DNA of 64,000 nucleotides from positions 341,992,001-342,056,000 of the forward strand of contig OZ024740.1 in assembly GCA_964016885.1 (NCBI GenBank), in the 5' to 3' direction. Within the stretch, counting starts at the first letter, position 1. The number at the start of each line of letters is the position of its first letter. A program made the translations under genes and the position numbers. Of the stretch, positions 43,786 through 57,953 are shown one piece after another. This DNA is from Eledone cirrhosa (lineage: Eukaryota). The notes beneath the pieces are model-generated. The model was not told the DNA's origin and made no database searches. It saw only the letters and a program-made list of their open reading frames with translations.

Positions 43786-43990
43786 GCATGCTACTGTACG
43801 TCTGTATACATATATGTATGTACGTATACATGCATACTTACATTTAAGTAAGTGCCATACTAAGAGTGAGAAATGAAATTTCGTTTTCATTTTATTTCAA
43901 TTTATATATATATATATATATATATATACCCTTGCAAGCAGGGAAAAGCGGACGTAAAATGATGATGATGATGATGATATATATATATAT

Positions 43991-46867
43991 AATATCCGCT
44001 TATGGACCCCAATCTGGCCTACCTGATGTTATAAAAGACAGGTTCTATGAATCGCTAATCCTCACAACCGCCCAAATAACCGACAGTGACTGCATAATTA
44101 TTGTTAGTGACCTAAATGGTCATGTTAGACAACATTGTGACGGCCATGATGGAGGCTGTGGGTTTGGTACTAGAAATGAGGAAGGCTTCAGAATCCTGGA
44201 ATTCTGTGACGTTAATATCTGTAACACAAACTTCAAAAAACGAGACAATCATTTGATCACCTATAGATCGGGTGAACACGCCAGCCAGATAGATTATATC
44301 CTTACTAGAAGACATGACAGAGTGTCTGTTGTAAACACTAATCCCGCCCCTGTGAAGAATGCATCTCCCAACATAGCCTCATAGTTAGTGAGCTCATATT
44401 CAGGACTAGACGTACTCGACGACAGAGGAGGACTACCCTGAGGAGAAGAATATGGAAGTTGAAGGACCCCACAGCCAGTAACAAATTTAAAAGCATATTG
44501 CTTGATGCTTTTGACAGTAAGGAAGAACAATTAGAGACATACAATATAGAGGAACAGTGGGAATTCTTGAAAGTTAACCTGCTGAAGGCAACAGATGAAG
44601 GGAAGCAGAGGATAGAAAGTTCGAGCATGTTCTACGTGAGGTGTTCAGGATTGCAAGACAATGTGTCAAGGAAAACTGTGATATTGTTGGGGAGATGTGT
44701 GTCCGTAATGATGATGGTTTACTTGCCCTCACTGATACTGATAAGAAGATAGCTTGGAAGTGTCACTACGAGAGACTACTAAGTGAGGAGAATAATTGGG
44801 GAAAAGATAGTTTGCCCCAGATCAATCCAATAGAGGGACCAGCGGTGCAAGTTAAAGGTAGTATAATAAGTAAGGCAATCAAAGATATGAAGACAGGCAA
44901 GATAGCTGGGCCTTCGGAGATAGTTGCTCAGATGTTGAAAGCATCTGGAATGGTGGGACATACTATGGTCACTCGGATAGTAAACCAAGTAATACAGAAT
45001 GGGGTCATACCAAATGACTGGCATAGCAGCAACATCATTAACTGCTACAAGGGTAAAGGAGATGCTCTAGATAGGGGAAACTATAGAGGCATTAAGTTAG
45101 TTGACCAGGTCATGAGGGTCACAGAAAGAGTTATAACGCAACTAATCAGAGATCAAATTGATCTATATGAAATATAGTTTGGGTTTGTGTCAGGTAAAAG
45201 TACCACAGACGCTCTTTTCCTTGTACAACAACTACAGGAGAAGTACCTAGCTAAAAGTAAACCCCTCTACTTAGCTTTTATTGACTTGGAGAAAGCCTTT
45301 GACAGAGTCCCCCACTCCATTATCTGGTGGGCTCTTGGAAAACTAGGTGTAGATGAATGGCTTGTGAAAGCTATACAAGCCATGTATAAAGAGACAGTCA
45401 GCAAGGTTAGAATTAACAATGAATATAGTGAAGAAGTTAGCGTAAAAGTAGGTGTTCATCAAGGCTGTGTCGTTAGCCCCCTCCTATTTATTATTGCCCT
45501 TCAGGCTATAACAGAGGCATTTAAGACTGGCTGCCCATGGGAACTTCTATACACAGATGATCTAACTCTCATAGCTGAATCTATGGCTGAACTAGAGAAG
45601 AAATTGCAAACATGGAAGCATGGCCTAGAATCAAAAGGCCTTAAAGTTAATTTATCTAAGACTAAAGTTCTAGTATGTAGAAAGAAAAATAGGGCACAGG
45701 TGCCCTCTGCGAAATGGCCATGCTCAGTGTATAGGAAAGGAGTAGGTAGAAATTCCATTTTATGTCCCAAATGCAAACTATAGGTACATAAATGATGTAG
45801 TGGGATCACAGGTAAGCTATCTAAGAACGTAGATTTTATATGTGGCCGATGCTCAGGTGCAATAAGTAGCAAGTGCCCACATGATACTGCCCAGATGGTT
45901 CTATAGAAATAGTGGACACTTTCCGTTACCTGGGTGACAAAATCAGCAGTGGTGGAGGGTGCTCTGAAAGTACAGTAGCCAGAGTCAGAACAGGATGGAA
46001 AAAGTTCAGAGAGCTTATACCGCTGTTGGCCACAAAAGGTTTCTCTCTTAAATGAAAGTCAGATTGTATGATGCCTGTATACGAACAGCAATGCTACATG
46101 GCAGTGAGACAAGGGCATTGTGTGCAGAGGACCTGTGCAGACTGGAAAGGAACGAAGCATGCATGCTCCGATGGATGTGTAATAGTAATATACGCAAACA
46201 GCAAAACATAAATGAACTAAGTGAGAAATTAGGAATTAGAGGGATCAGATGTTGTTTACTTGAGGGAAGACTACGTTGGTATGGTCACATGATGCGCATG
46301 AAAGACGACAGCTGTATAAAAAAGTGCAGGGCGATCAAAATTGTTGTAAGTTACGGAGTAGGTAAGACCCAGAAAAACCTGGGACGATTTGATAAATTCT
46401 GACCTTACACACTTGCACCTCTCTAAGACAATGTCACTAGGAGATCTTTGGCGCCACGCAGTAATACAGAATACCCGCCTTGCCTATATACAAAGCGAAA
46501 CCTACAGTCAGTAGACACCTCTTAACCAAATATACACCCCTACTCCATCCTCTCACTCCTACCAACACCACCCTTTCTCTGTAAAGTTATGTTGGTACCA
46601 CAACATCCAGTCCAAACTAATGAGGTCGTGTAGGTGTCACAACAAAAAAACACACAGTCCACGCTGTAATGTGGCCATGTAGGTAATACGGTAAAAACCT
46701 CCCAGTCCACACTGTAAATGTGGTTGGTGTTAGGAAGAGCATCCAGCCATAGAAAACATGCCAGATAGTCCTATACGAGCAAGATACGGTCACCCGACCA
46801 GTCTTGCCTCAAGTGGGACAACTCCCATCTAACCCATCCAAGCGTAGAAGTTAAATGATGATGATGA
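43991..46867 (+). mobile_element. Decayed 5'-truncated RTE-clade LINE, related to 5470-8428
   Basis: ISAYGPQ, SQIDYIL, NYRGIKL, AFIDLEKAFDRVP, GVHQGCVVSP, LLYTDDL and RLRWYGH motifs; (GAT)n tail. Confidence 0.95.
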
Positions 46868-47044
46868 CAGTGAAATTCCATTATAACAAAATTCACAGGG
46901 TATAAAAAAAAACTTGTAATGAAAAATTCTTTATAATGGAGATCAACAAATCGAGCATTTGTTATTACCTAAGGGATTTTTTTTAATTTTGTTCTTCTGA
47001 AAAATTTGTTATAAAGGTATTTGTTATAATGGAATTTTACCTGT
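46868..47044. mobile_element. pogo/Tigger-like MITE
   Basis: cagtgaaattccattataacaaa...tttgttataatggaattttacctg-ta. Confidence 0.6.
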
Positions 47045-47118
47045 ATATATATATATATAATTTTACCTATATATATATATATATATACACAGAAGATACT
47101 CTGTTTTTCTATTTATAG

Positions 47119-47261
47119 CTTACTTGATCCCAGTCAATCAAGACAATATGAAAACTTCAAGAAGTCCTATTCAAATATTTTACATAAATGCCAACTGTTC
47201 AATAAATCAGCTGAAGTACAGAAACACATGGCAGTTCTTCCAGAACAGAAGTCTACCTTAG
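47119..47261 (+). CDS. WDR59: WDR59 exon (143 nt, phase 2 to 1), LLDPSQSRQYENFKKSYSNILHKCQLFNKSAEVQKHMAVLPEQKSTL
   Basis: tttatag acceptor and G|gtaatg donor. Clear similarity to recalled human LLDPANTQQFDDFKKCYGEILYRWGLREKRAEVLKF. Confidence 0.93.
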
Positions 47262-47506
47262 GTAATGAAATTTTGGCAGTTTATTTGGTCACTTGTATAA
47301 TGTAACTAACAAAAACAAGTGATTTTTCTCTTTTTTTCTCTTTTCCTTACTTTCTTTTTTACTGTTGCCAGTCTTTTTTTCTTATCTCTTCCAAACGCTC
47401 AAACACCCCACTAAGTACGTACACACACACACACACACATGGAGGCTATGCTAGAAAAGATTCATCAAACACATGAAAGCATAGAAAGACAGATATAAAA
47501 TGATGA

Positions 47507-47728
<222 letters not shown>

Positions 47729-47729
47729 A

Positions 47730-50700
47730 CACAAGAAATAACAGCACAATCGGTACAGTATATGGAAGGAATATGTTAGTTTAATACTTGAATAGCAGGA
47801 AGAGGATCTTAACGTTTTTGACGCTAGTCCTTCATCAGAAGAAAGAATCAAAAATTAGAAAGATATATATACATATTTATATATATATAGACATATATTT
47901 ATATAAGTATATATATAAATTAATAAATCACATGAATACACAAATTTCGCAGTTTAAGTATTATTATTTATTATTTAACTGACACATGTAGTTGAGCATA
48001 TCCGATGTATCTTTTTTGGAGAATTCGAATTCCAATATTTTGTGCCACCACTATGACTTATCAGCTTGACAAAGTTTAACAAAGTTTTCATTCATGCATG
48101 TTAACGTTTATATTTATAGAGAGAATGCATATCACCATAGGCAAATCTAGGTTGTATAAAATTATAACCGTATCAAAACAATGTGAGACAAAGGGATGTG
48201 AATATATATTCACATCCCTTTGCTTTCAATATATTTAAAATTTAGAAACCGCTTTCAAGGATTGTATTTTGATGTTTGCTGTAGTATCTGCGAGAAGCAG
48301 CAGGAGGATGATGTCAATTGCCATATGTATAGTCAAATTGAAGCAAATTTCTTGTGATAATTATTGTGTTTAGACTACGTGTGTGTGTCCTTTTATGTCA
48401 AGTATTGCACACAAAACTTGAAAGGCACTCAGTTAAACATAAATTGTATTTTGGGTTCTCTGGCAGTTTTCAAATAAGACCAAGATAGGGAGTAAGAGAT
48501 ATTTGTGCTTTCCAAATCTCATAGGTAACTGTCAAGCGAGGTAGAATTCCTCAGTTTTACATTCTTCAGAGTGGAGATGGGAGTAGTATTGTGATTTAAA
48601 ATTATTTAATGTTGTACCGATGTAAGCTTTAGTGTCATTAGGTGTTGAAACAGTGCACTGATTTACTCTGTTAGATATGAGGAAATTACCAGCAAGGGGG
48701 AAACTTTGTGGTTGTGTGCTGTTACAGTTATGATTAGCTATTCAGTTAGCATGGGTGTTAAGATACAGAATTAATTGGTTTAGACTTCTATAAGGGTGAG
48801 ATTTCCTCTTAGTTACCTCTGCTCTTATTTTGATAGAATCAACTATACTGTTTGATATTAAACTCTATTTATTTAATTCAGCGCTGTTACTAGATGCTAA
48901 ATTAGGTGTTGCTTGAGGAGGAAAGTTGATTGTATTTTTGTTTAAGAGTTTGTGATACTTATGTGATTGGGGAAAACTTTTACCAATTATACTAAGGAAT
49001 CATTTAGGTATATTTGAAGATATATATTTGCTTTAGGCAGGATTAAACCACATTGAGGTTAGTTTTATTGCTTAAAGCTGAGATGCTCTTATCTAGTTGT
49101 AAGTTGTTTGAAAGAGTACTGGAATCTTGTTCATTATTGATGCAATGAGAATTTATATTACTAGATTTGGGGATATTAAGGGTCTTATTAGAGCACATCA
49201 TGAATATATGTTGAGTTTGAGAGTTTCTTAGGGTAAAGTTTATACTGTGTTACATCTTTTTGTTCCACCATTATTTACATTCCTATCTTTAGGGTTGTTT
49301 TTATTTTTCCTTGTTATATTTCTATTATGGTACCTCTACTTATTGCTACTAGCATACATATGTTCACTCAACCAGAACCAACTCTATTTTTGTTAGATAC
49401 TACATTTAAAGTCTTAATAGAAAAAAATAATGTCAAATAATAGCTGTATCATCCATGTCCTTTACGTTAGATTGCATATCAGTATTACTACCTGGAGTGA
49501 GTATTTATATTTGAGTTTCTACTACTACAGCTATTTTTATCTACAATGTTATGGATTTCCTTTATATCATCTGATCTAGTTCATGCTTCTTTGTAATATT
49601 GTACATTTGGGTTAAATGTTGGAGAACAGTCTAGAAATTCTATTTGATACATTTTTTACTATAAAGGTGTTCACCCAAGTTATGGTAAGGTTTATGAAGC
49701 TCCTAGGAAGTTAAGTCCTTTATTATTTATATCTATCGTAATGTTTAAGCCTTTAAAAGACTTATGTAAATATTCTTTCAAGGTTACTATTATTGCAGTT
49801 AATTGTCAAAAGATCATTATCATGATAAAAACCAATATTTAAGAATGGGAAGGAGTTATGTAGGTTGTTTAGTAAAAAGAGACCAACTAAGTCTCTGACC
49901 TGGGCAGAATCACTCGATCTCATTGTGATATCCAAGTTAACAGGGCGATTTTTCCTTGTCCAGCGGTCACCATTAAATTCAATTATTGTTTCCCTTGCTG
50001 CTAGGACGATGTCAATTTCAGTTCTAGTTAGATCACTTTCACATTTTGCCCTAAATAAAGACCTATTTAGGAGATTAGGGTAGATAGAGGAATAGCTGCT
50101 ATGTGAAACTGTATGAAGGTAATTCGATTTTATCTTCTAATTTAGTGAATCATTTTATTATATCACTAGCAGTGTATCCCGGCGCTGCACGGGTAAGAAC
50201 ATTGGTAATAGCACCTTCAATGCGAAACGTTTATTTGTGAGTGCCTGTTAAAAACTCACGAAAATATACCGACAGGAAATTTATTTTATTTGGAGAAAAT
50301 TAAGAAGTTGAAAGTACAGTTTAGCTGCCTACGTGCATTGTTCATAGAAATATTGTTGAGCCCCTTCTTTTCATACTCCTTCTGTGACAGTTGTCCCTCG
50401 GCGTTTCCACTCAGAAGTGACCAGCAGTACGTTGTTCGGTATTATTATGAAAAGGTGTAGCAGAGAATCCCACGTGAACTAACAGCTTGGGAGGAAACTG
50501 CTTACCTTGAAGATTCATTCGCCATCGTTCTTGTCAACGCTCCATTTAGTTGGTATTTGTTGGTCTACAGTTAGATGAATGGCGCACAAAGGGTTAATGT
50601 TTATTAGCAAGAAGTTTTTTGATTAATAAAAGACGGGTTGAAGCGACCTACAATGTATCATTCTGCGTTGATGTTAGCAGTTTTCGTTATTGTCAATGGG

Positions 50701-51280
50701 TTTTTTGGACGGCAAGTTTGAGACCCTTCTGTTTCTCCCTCAATAAACTGACTACTATGAAGACCATTCCATGTTGGCCTGCGGATGGAAATGCAGAATG
50801 CAAAGGTGAAAGTTCAGTGGTAATGGGAATCCTATGTAGCAGCAGTAACATTGACATTGCTTACAATGTGTGCTTTCACCCTTAACGGGATCTTCTGAAA
50901 CTAAAAAATCAATCTGTGAGCGAAGAAGTAAATATTTCGAAATTCGTTGCAACCGAAGGAAAACAGGAAGACGATACTTTGGTTCGTGAAGACATTTCCT
51001 GGCAATGAACGGAAAATAGCGAAGAAAATACGTCATCAATAAGAACAATGTTTGTCATAATGTCGTAATGCAGACAGCCAAACATACAGATAGATATTAT
51101 AAGGGCGCGACCTTATAGCTATGTATCTATCTAAAAAGACAGACTAATAAAGAGATAGAGATCGATAACCGGCGCTTAACATGCCTTTAACAACAGAAAA
51201 TTGAAAAATAAAAGCTGCAGTTAATATCTTTAGACCGCAAGTTTGAAGTGTGGATTTGTATAGACTTTGCAAAACTTAAG

Positions 51281-51311
<31 letters not shown>

Positions 51312-52010
51312 ATTTCAATTTTATATATATGTATAGATTAGTGTTCCCCCTAAGATTTTATAGTGGGGATCATTTTATCAAGTATTTTTTTTTTACTAAT
51401 TTTCCCTATATAAAAGGTAGAGCAGCAAATGGGTGTAATAAAAGGGTTGTTATTAAAATCTACCTTATGTTCTTTTAAGGTGAATCTAGGAGTTTTGTGG
51501 GTGTAAGATTCAGTATAGCTTTCAAGATCAAGATTTTTTTACAATTTTGTTCTCTTGAATGTTTATATCATGAAGGTTACTGTATGTAGTTTTTCTTAAT
51601 AGTTTTTATATATAAAAGATTTATAAGTATGGAAATTCACACTATAGATATTTTTAGTTTTATCTGCAAGAAAAAAGTATATTTTTTTGATTTCTGACAT
51701 TTTGTATGGTGTTATCTTTTGAGAAAGTATTACTGTAAGGGAAAGGTTTTTTGAACTTGATATTTTTAACCACGTTGATCAAGTCTTCAAATTTATCCAG
51801 TAAAATACTGTGTGGTGAGCTTCTGTAAGTTTTAAATCCATAGGTTGCTGACGATGGTTTACTTGCATGTTGTTCATTTTCAAACTTCCAGTTGTAGTGG
51901 AATGTTCACCATCTGATTCTTCTGATAAACGAGTTTACACTGTCAATCAAGAAATTTGTGTAGGTTTCATTGTCTGGTATAGGATATTCTTGAGGGACAT
52001 TAGCAAATGG
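47730..52010 (-). mobile_element. Heavily decayed Penelope-like element (RT + GIY-YIG), interrupted by a Helitron
   Basis: Reverse frame LDITMRSSDSAQVRDLVGLFLLN (~49865-49940); endonuclease-like remnants at ~48420-48730; degenerate hammerhead at ~47805-47842. Confidence 0.7.
50166..51337 (-). mobile_element. Non-autonomous Helitron
   Basis: Minus strand: A|TCtatac...aaattgtctgtgtg start, cccgtgcagcgccggg hairpin, CTAG|T end. Confidence 0.85.
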
Positions 52011-53034
52011 TCTTTAGTTAGCATTATGGTAAGTTAATTATCAGCTCAACAAGTGGAGCAGCCTTATAGGAGATGAATAGGAATCGATATATCACTCATT
52101 CTTTACCAAATGTGAGAAAGCTCAATGTATTAATTGCTTATGGATAAAATACTGAGCATAATTTTAATTCAAGTGAAAAACCAAAGACAATACTTCAAAT
52201 CATTTTATTAACACCTATACACATTTCAGTTTTAATGCAATCAGGTAACATTAAAATATCCTCAGGATATTAATATATATCATTATCATCATCATTACCG
52301 TTTAACGTCTATTTTTTCCATGTGTGTATGGGTTAGACGTGTTGTTTACATTATGATGCAAGTCTGGCCAGTTGGCCGCGCTGTACCTTTCTTAAACGGG
52401 ACTGTATTTTGGCTGGGATTTTTAGAGCCGGATGCCCTTCCTAACACCAACTGTGTTCACAGTGTGGAACTGGGTGGTCCTGTTATGAGACAAGTCTGGC
52501 CATACCATACCGTGCACAAATCAGGGCTGTGAAAGGGCTGGTAATTTATGCTGAGTTGACCATTTTTACTGAACAGTTACAGACTTGTACTCTGCCATTA
52601 GCAAAACAATTGAAATTCTTTCTTCAGTTACATTTTGTCTTCAGTTCACTACACGTATAACAAAAATTAAATTATTCCTTTACACATACAAATTTATATA
52701 ATTGATGAATATCTTTGACCAATCAAATTTCAATATAGATGACGTATGTCATTTTGGCATAAAAAATAAACAAAGGAAGGGGCTTTCCACTCCTACTGTG
52801 TATATATATATATTTATAAACTATTGAATCACCAGTCTGATGAGCAGATTGATACTGGAGTTGGGTTCATAACTACCATGGGTTACCTTAAGCCAATCCT
52901 CTACTGCAAAATGCATCCAAAAAAACTTTAATACATGTAAACAAAACTTCATTGTTTTTCTTATTATATACACTCGCCTGTCCAATATATATATTTAGGT
53001 ATTATATATATATATATAAGATATATATATAGAT

Positions 53035-53260
53035 AGAATTGTAAAGTGGTCATGCCGACACGGCAAAACACGCCCAGCCCACACTGTAAAGTGATCATGT
53101 AGGTGTCATAACAAAAAGCACCCTATCCACACTGTAAAGTGGTCGTGTAGGTGCCACGGTAAAAAGCACCCAGTACTCACTGTAAATTAGGTTGGCCTTA
53201 GGAAAGGCATCCAGCTGTAGAAACCAAGCCAAAATCAGTTCTGTATGAGCAAGACATGAT
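53035..53260 (+). mobile_element. RTE 3' tail fragment
   Basis: Repeated ccacactgtaaagtg units and ttaggaaaggcatccagctgtagaaacc. Confidence 0.8.
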
Positions 53261-53269
53261 CACTTCCTA

Positions 53270-54390
53270 CTCTCATTTTACTGACAGCTCCTCTTTATAT
53301 GGCTTGCATTGCTGTCACAAGCCATTCTTTCACCCTTAATTTTCTTAAAGACCATCAGATAATAAATCTCTGTCAAAGGCCTTTTCTAGGTCAACAAAAG
53401 CTAAATATAGTGGCTTATTTTTGGTTAGGAACTTCTTGCAGTTGTCTCACTAAAAACAGGCATAAAACTGAACTGCATCTTATCTAATTTGACTCTTTCT
53501 CTCATTAGTTGTGCTATAATTCTTGTTGTCACTTTCATTACTTGATCTATTAGTTTTGTCCCTCTGTAGTTGTTCCTTTCTAGAACATCATCTTTGCCCA
53601 TGTAGCAATTCATGATTGTACTGCTGTGCCAGTCATTAGGTATGACACCATCTTGTATTATCTAATTGATTATGCAGGTTACTAGTTTGATTCCTACTCC
53701 TACTGATACTTTTTTTAACATCTCAGCAACTATCTCTGATGGTCCCACAGCTTTACCATTCTTCATCTCTTTGATTGTTTCTTTGACTCTATAACTGTCA
53801 ACTTCAATAGCTGGTCCGTCTATTTCTCTTCCTCCCATTCATTCTCTATGTTCCTCAATCTCTCATAGTAACATTTCTAGACCACCTTCTTTTGGGCATC
53901 AGTGGTGCTAAGTGCACCAGTGTCATTTCTAACACATTTTTCCCCAACAACATCTTGATTTACACTAACACACTTGCAATGTGAAACACTTATGTCTCTG
54001 GTCCTCACATCTCAAGACATTACCAAACTTTTTTTTTTAGCCTCTCTTCAAGCTGTGTATACCTGTTGTCTAGCCTCTCTCTTAGCAATGTGGTACTGGT
54101 CTCTGCTACCCCCTTTTTTCCAGTCTTTCCATGCCTGTCACTTGGCTTTAATGGCTCTATCCACTGTGCTGTTTCACCACCAGGTCACCTTCTGTCTGGC
54201 TGGCGTTTTACTCCAGCCACAAGTCTCGTCGGTAGTTTGCAAAAAGCTGTTATGTAGGAATTTCCAGTTGTCCTCTACATTATATGTACTTAGCTTGTCA
54301 TCCCTCTCATCTACTGAAAGATCCTTTAGCTTCCACATCCTCCTTCCCCATATTTTCCTGCATATCTTGTTCTGCCTTGTGCTACTAATT
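53270..54390 (-). mobile_element. Decayed RTE LINE internal fragment
   Basis: Reverse frames read WKLKD, ETCGW..TWW, NYRGTKLIDQVMKV and MQFSFMP. Confidence 0.85.
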
Positions 54391-54974
54391 TGTGCTGGGC
54401 GGTACATTCTTCCGCAGGGAAGGCTTCAGTGTTTATTTCAGTTCATTTATCTCATAAAATAAAACAAACACATCATTGCCATAACAATTGAACCAAAATG
54501 ATGATTATTTATATGTGAGATTATGATAAATCTGATGTGAGATGTTGTGAGATTTGCTTATATTTTTCAGGTGTTCCCTGCAAGTTACTTTTCAACAGAG
54601 TTAAACCATTGGTCCAAAATTCCTCTAACTTTGGTAGGATTCCTGGACACATCCACAGCTCACTGCATCAATCACATTTTGAAACACTCTCTATTTTGAA
54701 ATATAGTATCTGTCCTTTAAGTTAGATGCTTTTACAGAACCGTTTAAAATCAGTCCATACCCAACTAGTCATTCCTATCACCTCCTACACTGTTGTTCAT
54801 TTAAGACCCTCATATCACCTCTTCCTCCCGCTACCACTAATTATGTAAAACACTCCTATTATCTCCTCCTACACCACTGGTCACTAAAGACTAGATGTCG
54901 ATAATGATATCAGTTTCTTCTATTCCACTGTACACATAAACGTGTACATACCGCAGTAATTTCTCTACTATACA

Positions 54975-55490
54975 GCCAATACACCACACTTCTATACACC
55001 ACACCACTATATATACACCATACCCATTATATACACCACACAACTATATGCATCACACCACACCACTATATACACCACACCATATATGCACCACACCACT
55101 ATAAACACCACATTTCTATATGCACCACACCACTATAAACACCACACCACTATATGCACCACACAACTATAAACACCACACCACTATATGCACCACACAA
55201 CTATAAACACCATACCACTATATACACCACACTTCTATACACACCACACAACTATATACACCACACCATTATAAATACCACACCAATATATACACCACAC
55301 CACTATATACACCACACCACTATATACACCATTATACACACCATACCATTATACACACCACATCATTATACAAACCACACTTCACACATTTTGCTATTAT
55401 ATACACCACATCACATCACACCACATAACTATATACACCTCACTTGACATACTTCACTGCTATATACTCCACATCACTATACACACCACA
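54975..55490. repeat. ~18-bp minisatellite (ccacaccactatatacac-like)
   Basis: Direct inspection; gives a YTPHHY periodicity when translated. Confidence 0.85.
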
Positions 55491-55774
55491 CCTCACATAC
55501 TTCACCATTATACATATGTCACTATGATATACATCATACCATTTATATAGACCCATTTCACACACCACATATACATACCACAATAGATATGGCACCTCTA
55601 TACACACTGCACATCAGTATAAAGTTTAACCCGTTGATACCAGTTCAGTCAAAACCAGTTCTGGCTCCATGACCATCCATTTAAATAAAAATCTTACCAA
55701 CATCATTTTATATCAGAAATATATGTTAAGTTACTGTCTTAGTAATGAAATAATTAATAATTTTAGTAAATCAA

Positions 55775-56140
55775 TCGTGAATACAAGCAGCTGAAATGGG
55801 GGTTTCCTCCAAAAGGTATTTGGAGTAATGTTACTCGTTAGAGTGCATAGCTCAAAGATCAGAGAGTTGCTCCAAGTAGAACCCCTACATCTCCAAACTG
55901 AGAGATCACAGCTCCAATATTAAGGGAGTGTGGTTAGAATGTCTCAGAAAAGAATCGCTGGACAGATTTTTATGGGCAAAACCAACCAGCAGAAAACCCA
56001 GAGGGAGACTCCAAGCAAAATGATAGGATAATATCCATGAGCCTCAGCTGGATCAATTGGAGATGGTTGATTCTGACAAGACCCACTTGGAAGGGGTGTT
56101 TGGGGACTCTGCTTGCAGGAATAAGTGGGCAAAGAAGAAG
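55775..56140 (+). mobile_element. LINE 3' fragment with (GAA)n tail, inserted in a TTAA-type MITE (55626-56216)
   Basis: Decayed RT-downstream peptide ERSQLQY*GSVVRM; agtaaatc repeated on both sides. Confidence 0.55.
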
Positions 56141-56877
56141 TAAATCCTTCAGATTTCTTCATTATATAATTGAAAAAGAGTGAATTTCATTAGAAATATG
56201 GTCATGAATGGGTTAAAGAAGATATGTTGTTTATCAGTACATACATAGCTACCTTTTTTTACTATCCTATCATTCTGAATAAGAGCTTATTTCTTTAACT
56301 CTTAACGCCCTGTAATGATACAGAAAATATCTAAAAATGGGTTTCTTAATTCAAATGTTTATAGTATCTTTACTTGTAGCCATTTCATTATGAAAGTTTG
56401 CTGTCTTAGAGTAAGGACTTCAATTCTTAGTGTGATGTAATTTTACTTTTCAAGAATGTCTTGTTAGTGTGATACATGACACTAAGAGTTAAGGTTGAAA
56501 TGTTATTTCTATTTTCCAGAAGGTTAGCCTAATAACTACATTACTTTTTACCTTTCATGTTGTCATTTTTTCCTTATAATTTTCGCACTTATATATATAT
56601 ATATATATGCATCACGTGGCCTAGTGGTAAGGGTGTTGGACTTACAATCATAATGTCGTGGGTTCAATTCCTGGGTTGCGTATTGTGCTCTTGAGCAAAG
56701 CACTTCAGTTTACGTTGCTCCAGTATACTCAGCTGAAAATGAGTACCAGCTACAGCTGGGGGTTTAACCCTGCAATAGACTGGCGTCCAGGGGGGAGTCT
56801 TGTACTCTGAGTCGCTTCACGCCTTGAAACCAGGATAAGCACCGGCCAAATGAGCCTTCTGGCTTAAGACAGACTTT

Positions 56878-56944
<67 letters not shown>

Positions 56945-57044
56945 GTATATATGTGTGCATCTATATATGCATATATGTATGTATATATGTATGTATATAT
57001 GTATGTATATGTATGTATGTGTATATATATATATATATAATGAG

Positions 57045-57620
57045 AAAGACTGAGGAATCAAATGCTGTGTGCAGGAGAGGAGGTTGCGTTGGTAAGGACA
57101 TGTGATGCGTATGAAGGATGACAGCTGCATAAAAAGGTGCAGAGCACTAGAAGTCGATGGAAGCCGCAGAGTGGTGAGACCCAAGAAGACCTGGGATGAG
57201 GTGATAAAACCCGACCTTACCCAATTGCACCTCTCAAGGGCGATGACACACGACCATGACCTCTGGCGTCACACAGTAATACAGAAGACCCGACTTCCCA
57301 TGGGAACAAGCCGAAGCTGAAGCATATAGACAATATGCCCACACCCCTCCCACTGCAAAGTAGTCGTGGAGGTGCCACGGCAAAAAAGCACCCAGCCCAC
57401 ACTGTAAAGTGGACGTATAGGCGCCATGGAAAAAAGCACCCAGCACTCATTGTAAATGAGGTTGGTATTAAGAAGGGCATCCAGCTGTAGAAATCAAGCC
57501 AGAATCAGTTCCTGTATGAGCATGACAAGGTCAGCCGACTGGACATTGCCCACAACAGGACAACCTGTCTAACCCATGCTAGCGTGGAAGAACGGACGTA
57601 AAAGGGTGATAATGATGATG
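57045..57620 (+). mobile_element. RTE 3' fragment (ORF end + tail)
   Basis: [13 protein letters not shown]...RPKKTWDE, tail motifs and (GAT)n. Confidence 0.9.
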
Positions 57621-57621
57621 A

Positions 57622-57915
57622 ATAATAAACAAGAAAGACGATTTCATTTGTCCATCCCCATTTATTTTGTAGTTCAAAGACGTATGGCGGTTGTATAACA
57701 GCCACCCTACAAAAATTCACATGAGATGCCAATATCCATTGATATATTACCGGTCATACGTGTTATTCCCGTCGCTGACCAGTAAGCATATATATATATA
57801 TACACACACTCAGCTTCCACATTGTGTTGATTGCTCTTTTCTTTTATTTGTAAACTGCACCAGTGAGTATGTGTGTATATATACATATATATCTTTTTAT
57901 ACATGCACACACACA

Positions 57916-57953
<38 letters not shown>

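Larger units (their letters stand above)
42893..43904 (-). mobile_element. Non-coding tandem 464-nt hammerhead-bearing repeat with an inverted 5' segment (retrozyme-like / PLE pLTR array)
   Basis: Direct repeat 42893-43194 / ~43359-43658; inverted arm 43655-43904 vs 43300-43539; two hammerheads. Confidence 0.8.

Noticed and set aside
55154-55447. His/Thr/Tyr/Pro-rich ORF resembling a structural protein
   Set aside because: Product of an 18-bp minisatellite, with no splice or gene context seen.
56608-56680. tRNA gene
   Set aside because: A/B-box head continues straight into the SINE CORE-like body; no complete cloverleaf.
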